Below are positions 1-12,249 of a DNA stretch of 64,000 bases, piece by piece (within the stretch, counting starts at the first letter, position 1; each line of letters starts with the position of its first letter). The translations under genes were made by a program, and so were the position numbers. Source of the stretch: Scyliorhinus canicula (lineage: Eukaryota); assembly GCF_902713615.1 (NCBI RefSeq), contig NC_052146.1, forward strand, positions 41,289,324-41,353,323. The letters are read 5' to 3'. The notes beneath the pieces are model-generated. The model worked only from the letters and a program-made list of their open reading frames with translations, made no database searches and had not been told where the DNA came from.

Positions 1-507
1 AGTTGTGGCATCTTTATCTCAAAAATTTCCTTTCTTTCTCTTGTGCTATGGCGATTGTTCTCTGGGTATTTAGGGTCTTATTTCACTTTTGTTGTCTTTA
101 ATATCCGTTGGTATTATTCAACATGTAAGCATGCAATTTATCATAAAACATGCAACAATCTGGCATTGGCCTCTCCCAAAAGCATGATGGACTACATATT
201 ACTGTGATATTGAGCTAGAAAACATGATAAATCAGTTGTCTGTTTCGGTGATATGCTTTACCCATCCCTTATGTCAAATGCTTACCAACTGATTCTGATC
301 CCATACAATATCAGAATAGATTATTGCAACTATGAATATGGAAAAGTTGAGAAATAAATTTAAGATCGATTTTATGGGAATGAAGAGTTACATTACATTG
401 CCCAAGTATCTCAATGTCTTGGGCTGTCCGTGGGACCAACACAGAATGCGTTAAAACAACTTTCGGCTCAGCATGGGTTTACGACAAATGTGTCGTCACA
501 GATCAGA

Positions 508-826
508 AGCACGGTAGCACAGTGGATAGCATTGTTGCTTCACAGCTCCAGGGTCCCAGGTTCAATTCCCAGCTTGGGTCACTGTCTGTTCTCCCTGTGT
601 CTGCGTGCGTTGTCTCTGGGTGCTCCGGTTTCCTCCCACAAGTCCCGAAAGACGTGTGGTTAGGTAATTTGGACATTCTGAATTCTTCCTCTGTGTACCT
701 GAACAGGCGCCGAAATGTGGCAACTAGGAGCTTTTCACAGTAAATTCATTGCAGTGCTAAATGTACAATAACTCTGTGTTTGTACATTACTTGCGACAAT
801 AAAGAGTATTATAAAAGATTATTATT
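508..826 (+). mobile_element. HE1/V-SINE-related tRNA-derived SINE
   Basis: A/B-box head (gcacggtagcacagtgg...ggttcaattcc), V-domain core, TTA-rich tail. Confidence 0.8.
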
Positions 827-1739
827 TAGAAGGCTGCTTGTGCTCATCAGGTCAGAAATCAGGTCACTTGTGTTTATGATAATAAAATTATCAGAAGAAT
901 TTGTGAGAACAATAATGTCACAGTAATAAAATTATTAGGGGAGTGCCTCCTTGTTGCATTCATGTTGTTTTGATGTCACTTGTAAGTATATTTTAATTAC
1001 AATGATTTATTGGTAGAATGGATGGAATTTAGAGATAAAAATGAGTATAGGAAGTGCAAGTGAGACTTTGTATGCTGTACTCATACTGAAATTGTGAAGT
1101 GTGTATGTTGGATTGTGAGGTATGATGTCAATAATGACCTGAACACACATTCTAAATTGTGAGGTATGATGTCTCAACAAAGACTTGATCCTGCATTGCT
1201 ACAAATGGATGTGTGCGTGTGTTCTGGTATTTAAGAAAGCTGTCCAACAGCTATCAGGAAATTCCGTATGACACAAAGACTGACCAACACGTAGGTAGAG
1301 TAGTCAAGGCAAAGAAATGCTAGAATCATTTAGGAAACAAATTCAATCCTACATTGGGGAAGGGAGGATATGTAAGGTCTTTCTGGATGGAAGAACTAAG
1401 ATGGGATAAATGGACATCCTCAATCAGAATTTTATGTGATATGTCTGAGATATCTATAGCAAAGTCCTGATAAATTTTAGCCGCACCAATTGTCCCCAGG
1501 GCTCAAATGTTTAATGCAGCGAGAAGCCAAAACATACCGATAAAGAGTTCAAGGTATAATGACTGGGTTCTGCTAAATTTGGCACATTTCAGAATAGCAG
1601 TTAAGGTGCTACAAGTGGCTTCAGTGTGTTAAGTTAGGACGGTTAAGTCACGCAGTGTTCCTGCTTTGGTACCCTGTCAGAAGTGCTCTTGTGTGGAAGT
1701 CAGGTGAGGATAAACTGGGCTTAGCTCTAATAACCCACA

Positions 1740-2605
1740 TAGCATCATAGAATAGCCTCCTTCTGTGCTGCAACCATTCAGCCTGTTCTGACTGTGCCGG
1801 CTTTCTAGAAGTGCTGTTTGGCTAGTTCCACTGCCCTGTCCTTACCTCATAACCCTGCAACTTTTTTTTCTCCAAATCTTCAGTTGCTTACCCAATTTTT
1901 TTTGAAAGCAACAACTGAATCTGCCACCACCACCCTCTCATTCCAGATTCTAACCATTCACTGTGTAAGAATTCTTTTCGCCATATCACCTAAATGTTTT
2001 CAACCTGTCAAAGTGAACAGTTTCTTTCCATCTGTCTTGAACCGTCATGATTCTGAACTCCATCAAATCTCCACTCAACCTTCTCGACAGAGAACTGCCC
2101 CAGCTTCTGCAATCTATTCTGGTAACTGAAGTCCCTCATTCCTGGAACCATTCTCATAAATCTTTTCTGCACTCTCCTGAAACCGGTCACTTCCTTTCTA
2201 AACTGCGGTGTACATAATTGGACACAATACTCTTTGAGGCCAAACCAGTTCTATAAAGGTTCAACATAACTTCATTGTTTTTTTTACTGTTTTAAAACGG
2301 CAAGAATTTCATATGCCTTTTTAACCATTTTCTGAACCACCCTGCCACCTCCAATGATTTGCACAAATTGACCCCCAGTCTATCTATTCCTGCACTTCTT
2401 AAGAATTATGCCTTTTCGGTTATGCCTAACCCTTGCCTCCTTCTTATCAAAACGCATCACTTCACATTTCCCTGCGTTAAGTTTCATCTGCCACATATCC
2501 CCCCCATTCCACTCGCCTGTCTATATATTTTTGAAGTCCTATCAGTATCCTTCTCATGGTTCATAATATTTCCAAGCATTGACGCATCTGCAAATTTTGA
2601 AATTA
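1740..2605 (-). mobile_element. Old CR1 LINE 3' fragment
   Basis: RVQKRFMRMVPGMRDFSYQNRL-type ORF2 C-terminal remnants. Confidence 0.8.
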
Positions 2606-3465
2606 TATTAATTTTATAATAATCTTTATTAGTGTCACAAGTAGGCTTACATTAACACTGCAATGAAGTTACTGTGAAAATCCCCTAATCGCCCGTTTGG
2701 GTACACTGAGGGAGAATTCAGAATGTCCAATTCACCTAACAAGCACGTTGAAGACAATCACCGTCAAGCTATTCCTTACCCAAATTGTGTATCTGACAAT
2801 GACAATTTAAAAAGCTTTAGTTGCAATCATTAATTTTTACCGAAGACACACAAATTTGTTTCAGATGTAGAAAACTAAAAAGAGAGCATACTGTTTTATC
2901 ACAATGAAATGTTACTCAAGCCTGCTCTGTGGTGACACCGAGTGCCAAATTTTCAATCGAGGTCAGCATCTGGATCGAAGGAATGCTATCTGCAATTTGG
3001 CATCACTGGTCGTTGTCCTGGTTTCCTACCAAGGTCGTGGCCCTAAGCCATTTTCAAAGACGCCAGCTTGAGTTGGCAAATTAATTTAATTAAGAGGTCT
3101 ATTAAGGACCAGTTCATGCTGAACCGGGATTAAGGTCAACAATACAGGCAGCCCACAATAACCTGGACCCTGTTTTAGAAAACTTACCTGGCCTTCTCCT
3201 TTGTTGTCTCCACCTTCAGACCAGCAGCTCAGCCGATGAGTGCTGATCTGCAAGTGCTGGACAGCCACTCATTGCCCCCCCCAGCATTGGGAGTTTGCTA
3301 ACCATCCCTGCTTTTGATTGCCATCCACTTTTAAAATTGTGTGGCCGTGTCTATAACATGCTACGTGAAGTCAGGATCTGTAACTAGAACCCCATGCCGA
3401 TTCTGGTCCCTTAATGAAAAATCAGTCCATTTAGAATCATTCATGTGTATTCCTTTCCAACTTAC

Positions 3466-3573
3466 TTTATTAACATTTCTGTAGACTTTTTTTTCTGACA
3501 ATGGTCCAATAACTTTTGGAGAAGTCGGTAGGATTCTGTGATCTGATTCTGTGCTTTCAACACAAGTGCTTTC
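3466..3573 (-). CDS. ANAPC5: ANAPC5 exon 14 (108 nt); later exons lie left of the window
   Basis: aag|KALVLKAQNQITESYRLLQKLLDHCQKKKSTEMLI|gtaagt; this frame differs from the ORF-track call at 3361..3612. Confidence 0.93.
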
Positions 3574-3736
3574 CTTTGGGGAACACGAAAGAGAAAGGAG
3601 TGAATTCGACAATATGGTGCCCTATGACACTTGATGCATCAAATATTGAATTAGAATACAGTGCATTTTAACTGACGCAACAAATTTCTTATGGTGTCAC
3701 AATGAGTTGTAGAATATTCTATTTTCTAAGTATGTT

Positions 3737-3962
3737 TTTAAAAAATAAATTTAGAGTACCCAATTATTTTTTTCCCAATTAAGGGGCAATTTAACGTGGC
3801 CAATCCACCTACGCTGCAGATCTTTTTGGGTTGTGGGGGTGGAACACACGCAGACACAGGGAGAATGTCCAAACTCCACACGGACATTAACCGGGGCTGG
3901 AATCGCACCCAAGTCCTCAGCGCCATGAGGCAGCCGTACTAACCACTACGCCACTATGCGGC
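3737..3962 (-). mobile_element. Short A-tailed HE1 SINE
   Basis: V-domain and the tail AATTGGGTACTCTAAATTTA(T/A)n. Confidence 0.8.
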
Positions 3963-5255
3963 CTATAATTATGTTTAATGCCATGTAACTGACAATGTAT
4001 TTATCAGTGACACTAATTTAGGGTGAATAAGTACATTCAATTTTGTTTCAACTCATTCTGGGATTTTTACCAGTTTTGTTGAGATTACAAACTGGATAGA
4101 ATTGTGATATTTAATGAAAACAGTAAAAAAATAAGAACAAAGAAAAGTACAGCACAGGAACAGGCCCTTCAAGCCTGTGCCGACGATGCTGCTCATATAA
4201 ACTAAAATCTTCTACACTTCCGGGGTCCATATCCCTCTATTCCCATCCTATTCATGTATTTGTCAAGATGCCCCTTAAACGTCATTATCGTCCCTGCTTC
4301 CACCACCTTCTTCGGCAGCGAGTTCCAGGCACCCACTACCCTCTGTGTAAAAAACGTGCCTCGAACATTTCCTCTAAACCTTGCCCCTCGCACCTTAAAC
4401 CTATGTCCCCTAGTAATTGACCCCTCTATCCTGGGAAAAAGTCTCTGACTATCGACCCTCTCTATGCCCCTCATAATTTTGTAGACCTCTATCAGGTCGC
4501 CCCCTCAACCTCCGTCGTTGCAGTGAGAACAAACCAGGTGTATTCAACCTCTCCTCATAGCGAATGCCCTCCATACCAGGCAACATCCTGGTAAATTTCT
4601 TCTGCACCCTCGCCAAAGCCTCCACATCCTTCTGGTAGTGTGGCGGCCAGAATTGAACACTATACTCCAAGTGTGGCCTGGCTAAGGTTCTATACAGCTG
4701 CAACATGACTTGCCAATTCTTATACTCAATGCCCCGGCCAATAAAGGAAAGCATGCCGTATGCCTTCTTGACTACCTTCTCCACCTGTGTTGCCACTTTC
4801 AGTTTCCTGTGGACCTGTACACCAAGATCTCTCTGACTGTCAATACTCTTGAGAGTTCTACCATTCACTGTATATTCCCTACCTGCATTAGACCTTCCAA
4901 AATGCATCACCTCACATTTGTCCGAATTAAACACCATCTGCCATCTCTCCGCCCAAGTCTCCAAATGATCCAAATCCTGCTGTATCCTCTGACAGTCCTC
5001 ATCACTATTCGCAATTCCACCAACCTTTACGTTGTCCGCAAACTCACTAATCAGACCAGTTACACTGATCCCTGCGGAACACCACTAGTCACAGCCCTCC
5101 AATCAGAAAGCACCCTTCCATTGCTACTCTCTGCCTTCTGTAACCTAGCCAGTTCTGTATCCATCTTGCCAGCTCACCTCTGATCCCGTGTGACTTGACC
5201 TTTTGTACCAGTCTGCCATGAGGACCTTGTCAAAGGCCTTACTGAAGTCCATATA

Positions 5256-5469
5256 TGATGTGGAGATGCCGGCGTTGGACTGGGGTGAGCACAGTAAGAA
5301 GTCTTACAACACCAGGTTAAAGTCCAACAGGTTTGTTTCAAACACGAGCTTTCGGAGCACGGCTCCTTCTTCAGGTTCTTCATTCACCTGAAGAAGGAGC
5401 CGTGCTCCGAAAGCTCGTGTTTGAAACAAACCTGTTGGACTTTAACCTGGTGTTGTAAGACTTCTTACC
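5256..5469. mobile_element. Penelope-like-element-derived palindromic insertion with minimal hammerhead motif
   Basis: Perfect 83-bp inverted arms 5294-5376 and 5386-5468; TSD GAAGTCCATATA at 5244-5255 and 5470-5481; CTGAAGA..GAAA core. Confidence 0.75.
5381..5423 (+). ncRNA. Minimal type I hammerhead ribozyme motif
   Basis: cattcac-CTGAAGA-a-GGAGC cgt GCTCC-GAAA-GCTC^gtgtttg: core, stem II, palindromic AGCT stem III, stem I cac/gtg. Confidence 0.65.
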
Positions 5470-5884
5470 GAAGTCCATATAGACAACATCCACTGCCCTA
5501 CCTGCATCAATAATTTTTCTGACCTCCTCGAAAACTCTATCAAGTTAGTGAGACACGACCTCCCCTAGTGTTACATGTCCTTTATTTTTATACTCAATTT
5601 TACCTTTTTCTTAAGTTCCAGGATATACAAGATGACAAACATCTGGGTTGGCAGCAAAAGATGAATATAGACCAGGAGCAATGTGTGCCAGATGGAGTGT
5701 CCAATAAAATCAATTTAAGATTCCAAAACTTCAAAATGAAAGTTAGAGGAATCTCTCACGGGAGTTGGACAGTATCATGCGTAAGTTGCAGTTTTCTTTT
5801 AACAGGTTTATATATTTTTTAATCTGCATGACAAACGGTATTTAAAAAAAATGTTTCTTTATTTTTAAATCCCATTAGTTACAA

Positions 5885-6068
5885 ACGCAATGTGCAGAAT
5901 GGACACTTATTCCACCTCATTGCTTGCTCCAAAAGCCAATTCAAATTGAAGCCAATTCATGGTCTCCACAAGAGGGATATACAAGCTCCAAGCTGACAAG
6001 AAAAGGCATTGCACCTCATCTTGGGCTTGATCTGACGCTTGATCTTAGCCAAAAGGCCGAGAAGTGAT
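5885..6068 (-). mobile_element. U2 snRNA-derived element (diverged pseudogene or SINEU-like SINE)
   Basis: 6068-6038 reads ATCACTTCTCGGCCTTTTGGCTAAGATCAAG (30/31 to U2 nt 1-31), followed by collinear U2-like blocks. Confidence 0.8.
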
Positions 6069-6289
6069 TCAAAAATTTTCTTGAGCAAATTTTTCATCCT
6101 CTCCTTTCTCAGAAACCCAGATACTGTATAATCAAATTAAAATCAACATATTTTCATTTAGGCCAATTAGTACAAGGAATCACAAGATCTGGCATATTAG
6201 ATGCATTAAGGATAGTAGAGAAGTTTGTAGGGCAGTCAAAAATATTAATTCTATTTTTACATTTTTCATGTTGTGATACTTTTTTAAAA

Positions 6290-6765
6290 TTATTTTTTTT
6301 TAATTTAGAGTACCCAATTCATTTTTTCCAATTAAGGGGCAATTTAGCGTGGCCAACCCACCTAACCTGCACATTTTTAGGTTGTGGGGGCGAACACGGG
6401 GAGAATGTGCAAACTCCCACACGGACAGTGACCCAGAGGTTGTGATACTTTTTAACCTGTCAAATTGGATGATTGAAGGAGAAAATGGTAAGGGGAGGGG
6501 GGGAATCTTTTCAAAAAGTATTTTGAAATATTTAATTAACTGTGCCTCTTTTCCCTTTAATTGGTACACTTTGCCCACTGATTTTCTCCTGGGTAAAGTA
6601 TTTAGTAGTTCTTATGTTATAATTTTTAACTGTCCGTGTGGAGTTTGCACAGTCTCCCCGTGTCTGTGTGGGTCTCGCCCCCACAACCCAAAGATGTGCA
6701 GGTTAGGTGGATTGGCCACCCTAAATTGCCCCTTAATTTGAAAATTACTCTAAATTTTTTTTTTA
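6290..6765. mobile_element. Two truncated short HE1 SINEs (minus ~6290-6437; plus ~6630-6765)
   Basis: V-domain and tail motifs; the first is flanked by a GTTGTGATACTTTTT duplication. Confidence 0.75.
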
Positions 6766-7019
6766 AGTTATAATTTTTATTTGAAAATTACAAAGTTTTA
6801 AAACTATAACATTCTATGAATATAAAATTTGATCCAATAAGGTGGTAACATAATTAAAATGGACAGTGTGATGGAGAGAAAGACACAAAGATAGTGTGAC
6901 ATTACATCTGTGAATCCAAATGGAAAGTTTAAGACCAGCTCACTCCAACTAGGTGCATTTAATCCATTAGCAAACATGTAGGACATACTAAAACTCCAGA
7001 GACTAACCAATTGGCATTA

Positions 7020-7995
7020 AGGAAATTCTCAGGAGTTCCTCAGAGTAGTGTCAGGCCCAACCATTTTCAGCTGCTTCATCAATTACCTCCTTCCCTCAAA
7101 GTGAGAAGTGAGGATATTCACTGATGACTACACAATGTAGAGTACCATTCGCGATTCTGCAGATACTGAAAGAATCCCCGAACAAATGCAGCAAGACCGG
7201 GAAGAATATCCAGGCTTGGACTGGCAAGTTGCAAGTAGCAGTCGTGCTACACAAGTGCAAGGTAATGACCGTCTCCAACAAGAGAGAATCTAACCAGTTC
7301 CTCTTGACATTCAATGGCATTACCATCACTGAATCCCCCACTATCAACTTCCTGGGGTTACCATTGACAGAAATTGAACTGGAACAGCCATATAAATACT
7401 GTGGCTACAAAAGCACGTCAGAAGCTACGAATCCTGCGGTGAGTAACTCATGTCCTGACTCCCTAAAGCCTGTTCACCATCTCCAAGACACAAGTAAGGA
7501 TTGTGATGGAATACTTTCCACTTGCCTGGACGAGTGCAGTTCCAACAACATTCAAGTAGCTCAACACCATCCAGGATAAAGCAGCCCGCTTGATTGGTAC
7601 CTCTTCCACAAACATCCAATCCCTCCAGCACTGACGAACAGTAGCAGCCGTGTGTACCAGCTACAAGATGCACTCGGGCAACTCACCAAAGCTTCTAAGC
7701 AGCAACTTCAAAACCCACAACTGCTACTATCAAGGACAAGAGCAGCAGAAACCTGGGAACACCGCCACCTGAACATTCCCCTCCAAGTCACTCACCATCC
7801 CAACTTGAAAATAGATCCCTGTTCATCACCGTCATTGGGTCAAAATTCTGGAACTCCCTCCCTAACAGAATTAGGTGTACCAACACCTCAAGGACTTCAG
7901 TGGTTCACAAAGGTAGCTCACCACTATCTTTCAAGGGAATTTGGGATGGGCTGGCCTAGCCAGTGACACCCACATCCCGTAAATTAATTTATAAA
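7020..7995 (+). mobile_element. CR1-clade LINE 3' fragment (second family)
   Basis: Degenerate PQ-S-..GP / F(T)DD RT motifs and ORF2 tail. Confidence 0.75.
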
Positions 7996-9009
7996 ATGGT
8001 TATTGAGCAGGTGTTTCTCCAACGATGCCGAGTATTGCAACCTCCTCTTCAGTACACTAAAGCTTACTAAATCCCTGTAAATACAATATTTTCAGACACT
8101 ATTTTCTAAATTTTTAATTAAGAAAACCATTTTACTTTAAAAAGGTAGCATAAGTAAAACAGGTCAGGTTTGTTTTCAGGTTGCGTTTTTTGGCAACATT
8201 GTATGTGCGCATTTCTACTGTTTCCCTGCCACATTTACAGTTTTACCGACTCGTGAAACATCGAGCACATTGCATCAGACTGGCCACAAACCTGACACTG
8301 CTAGATGGAAATTCTGCTAGATGGAAATTCCTGCAGTGGCAATGAGAAAAAAAGTGTTTTTGCCATTTTAATGCAGAAGTGGATAATTTAAAGCAGCAAA
8401 CTAACAAACAGAAAATATTGTACACACTCCGGCAGCATCTTGCGTTGAATATCTCCAGTTTCCGATTTGCAGCATCGTGTCACTTTTGTGAATTGTTAAT
8501 GATGACTTTTTGATGATTAATTAATATAATTAAAATATTAGGAGGGGCTGTTCTGGTTGTGGTGAAAGTGCAGCCATTATTTGATGCCAATGCTGTTTGA
8601 ACATAGTTAGTAAAAATGTAGTCGGCAGTTATACAATATTGTAAAACTTCAGACATTAAGACCTGCATATATTTCCTGCCTACCAAACCCATACTTTGGG
8701 GGCAGTAGAGTGACATTTGCGTGGGCCAGTGTGCATGCGCAGATAGTCACATTGCGTTGACAGGAGACATGACACAGTTTTGTTTTCGCAATTCAAGAAA
8801 ACTAATCAAATCAGCAGAACTCCGATTCAAAAGGTTTTCTAGATCATTCAATTTACAGAAGTTCCACTTGTCATGAAGCTCCTTTAATTCATATTTTCTA
8901 AAACATTAAAATGACTTGATTTTTTTTATTACTGAAAGCAGAACATTTTCACAAGAGGCCGAGACACCCATGTTCTAGGAAGAGTAGGTCAATATATATA
9001 AAATTATTT

Positions 9010-9660
9010 AGATGAGGGAACTAAATGTAATATTTCTAAATTTGCAGATGACACAAAACTAGGTGGGAGGATGGGCTGTGAGGAGGATGCAGAGATGCTT
9101 CAGTGTGACTTGGATGAGCTGAGTGGGCAAATGCATGGCAGATGCAATATAAATGTGGATAAATGTGAGGTTATCCACTTTGGTAGCAAAAACAGGAAGG
9201 CAGGTATTATCTGAAAGGCTATAAATTGAGAGGGGGAGGGAGGTAAAGGGAAACTCATAGAAACCTATCAAATTCTCGCAGGACTAGACAGTGTAGATGG
9301 AGGAAGGATGTTTCCAATGGTTGGGGAATCCAGAACAAGGGGTCACTGTCTGAGGATACAGGGTGGACCATTTAGGACTAAAATAAGGAGAAATTTTTTC
9401 GCCCAGAGAGTGGTGAGCCTGTGTAATTGTCTATCACAGAAGATAGTTGAGGCCAAACATTGTTGTCTCTGCGGAGACTGCAACTTTATGTTTTCAAGAA
9501 GGAGTTAGATATAGCTCTTGGGGCATAAGGGATCAAAGGATATAGGGAAGGGTAGGAATAAGCTATTGAGTTGGATGATCAGCCAAGATCATAATGAATA
9601 GCGGAGCAGGTTCGAAGGGCCAAATGGCCTACACCTCCTCCTATTTTCTATGTTTGTATG
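9010..9660 (+). mobile_element. CR1 3' fragment
   Basis: KFADDTKLGG; RRNFFAQRVV; tail ctcctattttctatg. Confidence 0.85.
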
Positions 9661-9892
9661 TGAAGCCTCTTTCACAATTCAATGAGATCATGGCTGATCT
9701 GTGGCCAAACTCCATACGTCTGCCGTCACCCAATATCCCTTAATATCTTTGGTGAACACATATCTATCAATAGGAGATTTCAAATTAACAATTGATCGAG
9801 CATCAATTGCTGTTTGCAGAAGAGAGTTCAAAATGTCTACCATCCTTTATGAGCAGAAAACACTTTTGCTGAGAAAAATTCCTTGCACTTAC

Positions 9893-10014
9893 CTATACAA
9901 TCCTTCTGGCCCATTAAGTGCTGCTATTCCAGGAACTAGGGAGTCAGCTATATGGTATTTCCCATCACTCATTGCTCGATTAAACTGTATATTTTGGTCA
10001 AACAGCATCCAGAG
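9893..10014 (-). CDS. ANAPC5: ANAPC5 exon 13 (122 nt)
   Basis: cag|LWMLFDQNIQFNRAMSDGKYHIADSLVPGIAALNGPEGLY|gtaag. Confidence 0.95.
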
Positions 10015-11356
10015 CTGTTAGGTATAGAGAAAATTGATTATAAGCACAGAACCATACATAGATGAACGTTGACATAACAGTACTGCAAGCTTGTGTGGTA
10101 CTACAGTATGACAGCAATTAATTTGTAACTTTAAATCTTGAATAAATTTATATTAATTCATAGTACATACTCAGAAACTAGAATGAGATTTCCTATAGTA
10201 AGTATTGCTATTCAGATCTCTCCTAATATTTCTGTTCACAATTAAAAGGTAGTCCCTATAAGAGGGACCATATCTCCACTGAGCTTAAAATGTATAATAT
10301 GAATGGGATAATGTGATGAGAACCAATAATTATTCTATTACCATGGCAATGTTACTGAAGCCTGCGGAGACTGCAACTTTATTTTCCTTAGCATTTCAAA
10401 AACATATCTTCAAGCCAGATCGTTGCAGAAAAATCTAGTGATACAACATTTGTCAAGCTCGATGCAAATTCTCTGACAAAATAATAAGACTTGAATTTTC
10501 AGCAGTTTGTTTCAATACGTTGGGAAGTATCTGGTAAGCATCGCTTAGCAGAGTTCCACAAGCTTCCTCAAGGAACAGAAATAGGCAATGCATAACAAGA
10601 GTTAAACTAGGGTTGCAATAGTTTGCTCTTTGAAATCTAAGCAGTCACAATGGAGAAACAAAACCAAATAGGTCAGGCTGGTGTTCCTAGTGCCAGAAGT
10701 GCATGCATGTGTATTCTAGGAATGGACAGAATCTGGTTCAATGGTTATGACCCTCCCTTCGGCCTCCCGCTTTGCCCGCATGGAGATTTATGGCCTCTGC
10801 TTTCTTCCCCACCAGGCAAGAAACTTAGCAACATAGCAGGTATGGTCCCAAACCTACATCCCATCAAACTGGCGAAGCGAGCTGGTTCTCCAGTTCACGG
10901 ACTATTTCCACCGAGTCCAATAGGAGGTCTGCACTGATGGTGGAAACAGACACAGGAGCTTTTTTATGGTCATTTGAAAACTAAATGATTAATTTTCAAC
11001 CAGATCTCCAGATTTTACAGAAACTGAAGTTTTCATGCCAATCCATCCGATGGCAGTTTGAGGACTAAACTTGTAGCTCCCTAATTCATTCAAAATAAAA
11101 GTAGCTGTTAAGACACTAACCCTTTCTTCCCAATAACCCTGTGGCAAGAAAACAAAGTAAACACTTTTAGAAATGTAATTATCAATCCACTGCAGTTAAA
11201 ATATTGTATACCTGATTTGAAGAATGGTTATAACCTGTTCTGAAGAGTGATTATACCTTTTGTTAAATGACAGTAATCAGTTTTAAAATGTAACTGTCAT
11301 AAAAAGATGGCATCATCTGTATCAAACAATTACTGCAAGCACAATTATCAGCATAC

Positions 11357-11431
11357 CTTTGCATGCTGGCTGTGGGGAGGAAACCGATCTTTTAAATGCT
11401 TCAGGATTTCGGAAGCAGCTGAGTAATAGCC
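11357..11431 (-). CDS. ANAPC5: ANAPC5 exon 12 (75 nt)
   Basis: cag|GYYSAASEILKHLKDRFPPHSQHAK|gtatg. Confidence 0.95.
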
Positions 11432-12249
11432 CTGCAAGTCCAAAAATACAATTTATGTTAACAATCACAATCAAGCGTGCATTTAACATTCGATTTTAAT
11501 AGCATTTCTACTGCTTGGGTCCTTTTTGGATACGAGAATCAATTTAGGAAAAAAAAGCAAATTGAATTTCTCTTGCTTTATATTTAATGGAGTTTGATAC
11601 CCAAGTTGCTAATCTTTTGACAAAAAATTATTTCAGGATCTCGGCTTCACCACAAGATGGCATTTAATCATTATAATTGATTTTTTCATAAGCAAAGGTC
11701 ATATGACTAATTCAAATTTTCAAGTTCACTTCAATTTGTTTGGAAGGGATTACCAGTTTGAGAAATGTGAAAGAGTCAAATTAATAGCATGGAGACAAAC
11801 CCTTAACAGCTTCCAATCATGGCCATCTCCATCAAAGTTTCATCAGCTCCCTCTCGTGGTTCAGTTTAGTAACTGGTCTTGGCCAAATAACCCACATAAA
11901 CTTCCGCAATCAAAAGAAAAAGTCCTTTTAACGATTTTAAATTATACCGAGTTTCTAACTAATATTGTGAAGTACAGAATTTAAATTATCATTCATTTTT
12001 CAGATTGTAAGACTTTCTAGATGATACAACATTTCAGTTGCTGTAAAAACATGTAACAGATGTAAGACCAGAGTGGGAGACAGGTTCAAGGCCATTTTGC
12101 TCAGGTCCCAATCTCACCTGCACCACCGTTGAGGAACACGGAGAGGAAACCAAGTATTTCAGTAGAGAGAAGGAAAAACATGCTCGGCGCAGCATTCACC
12201 CAATTATGCATCAGTGTCTAGAAACATGTATCAGGCCCTTGATTTTGGA

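Larger units (their letters stand above)
4133..5546 (-). mobile_element. CR1 (HER1-like) LINE, 5'-truncated, interrupted by a Penelope-derived insert
   Basis: ORFs 4449-4973 and 4202-4474 encode the RT C-terminus (KCEVMHFG, RPHLEYSVQFW, FFTQRVV..WNSLP). Confidence 0.92.

Noticed and set aside
3361-3612. 83-aa ORF from the track
   Set aside because: Wrong frame over ANAPC5 exon 14; the true frame reads KALVLKAQNQ
4710-5183. Long ORFs antisense to CR1/L1 fragments (also 42674-43279, 61870-62379)
   Set aside because: Shadow frames of retroelement ORFs
6038-6068. Functional U2 snRNA gene
   Set aside because: Branch-point recognition sequence and Sm site are altered and there are large insertions; no recognisable PSE
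8298-8330. 16-bp tandem duplication (similar short ones near 1112-1173 and 43168-43200)
   Set aside because: Ordinary slippage-type duplications with no further structure
10650-10937. 95-aa ORF in unique-looking intron
   Set aside because: No homology recognised and no splice or promoter support; antisense to ANAPC5
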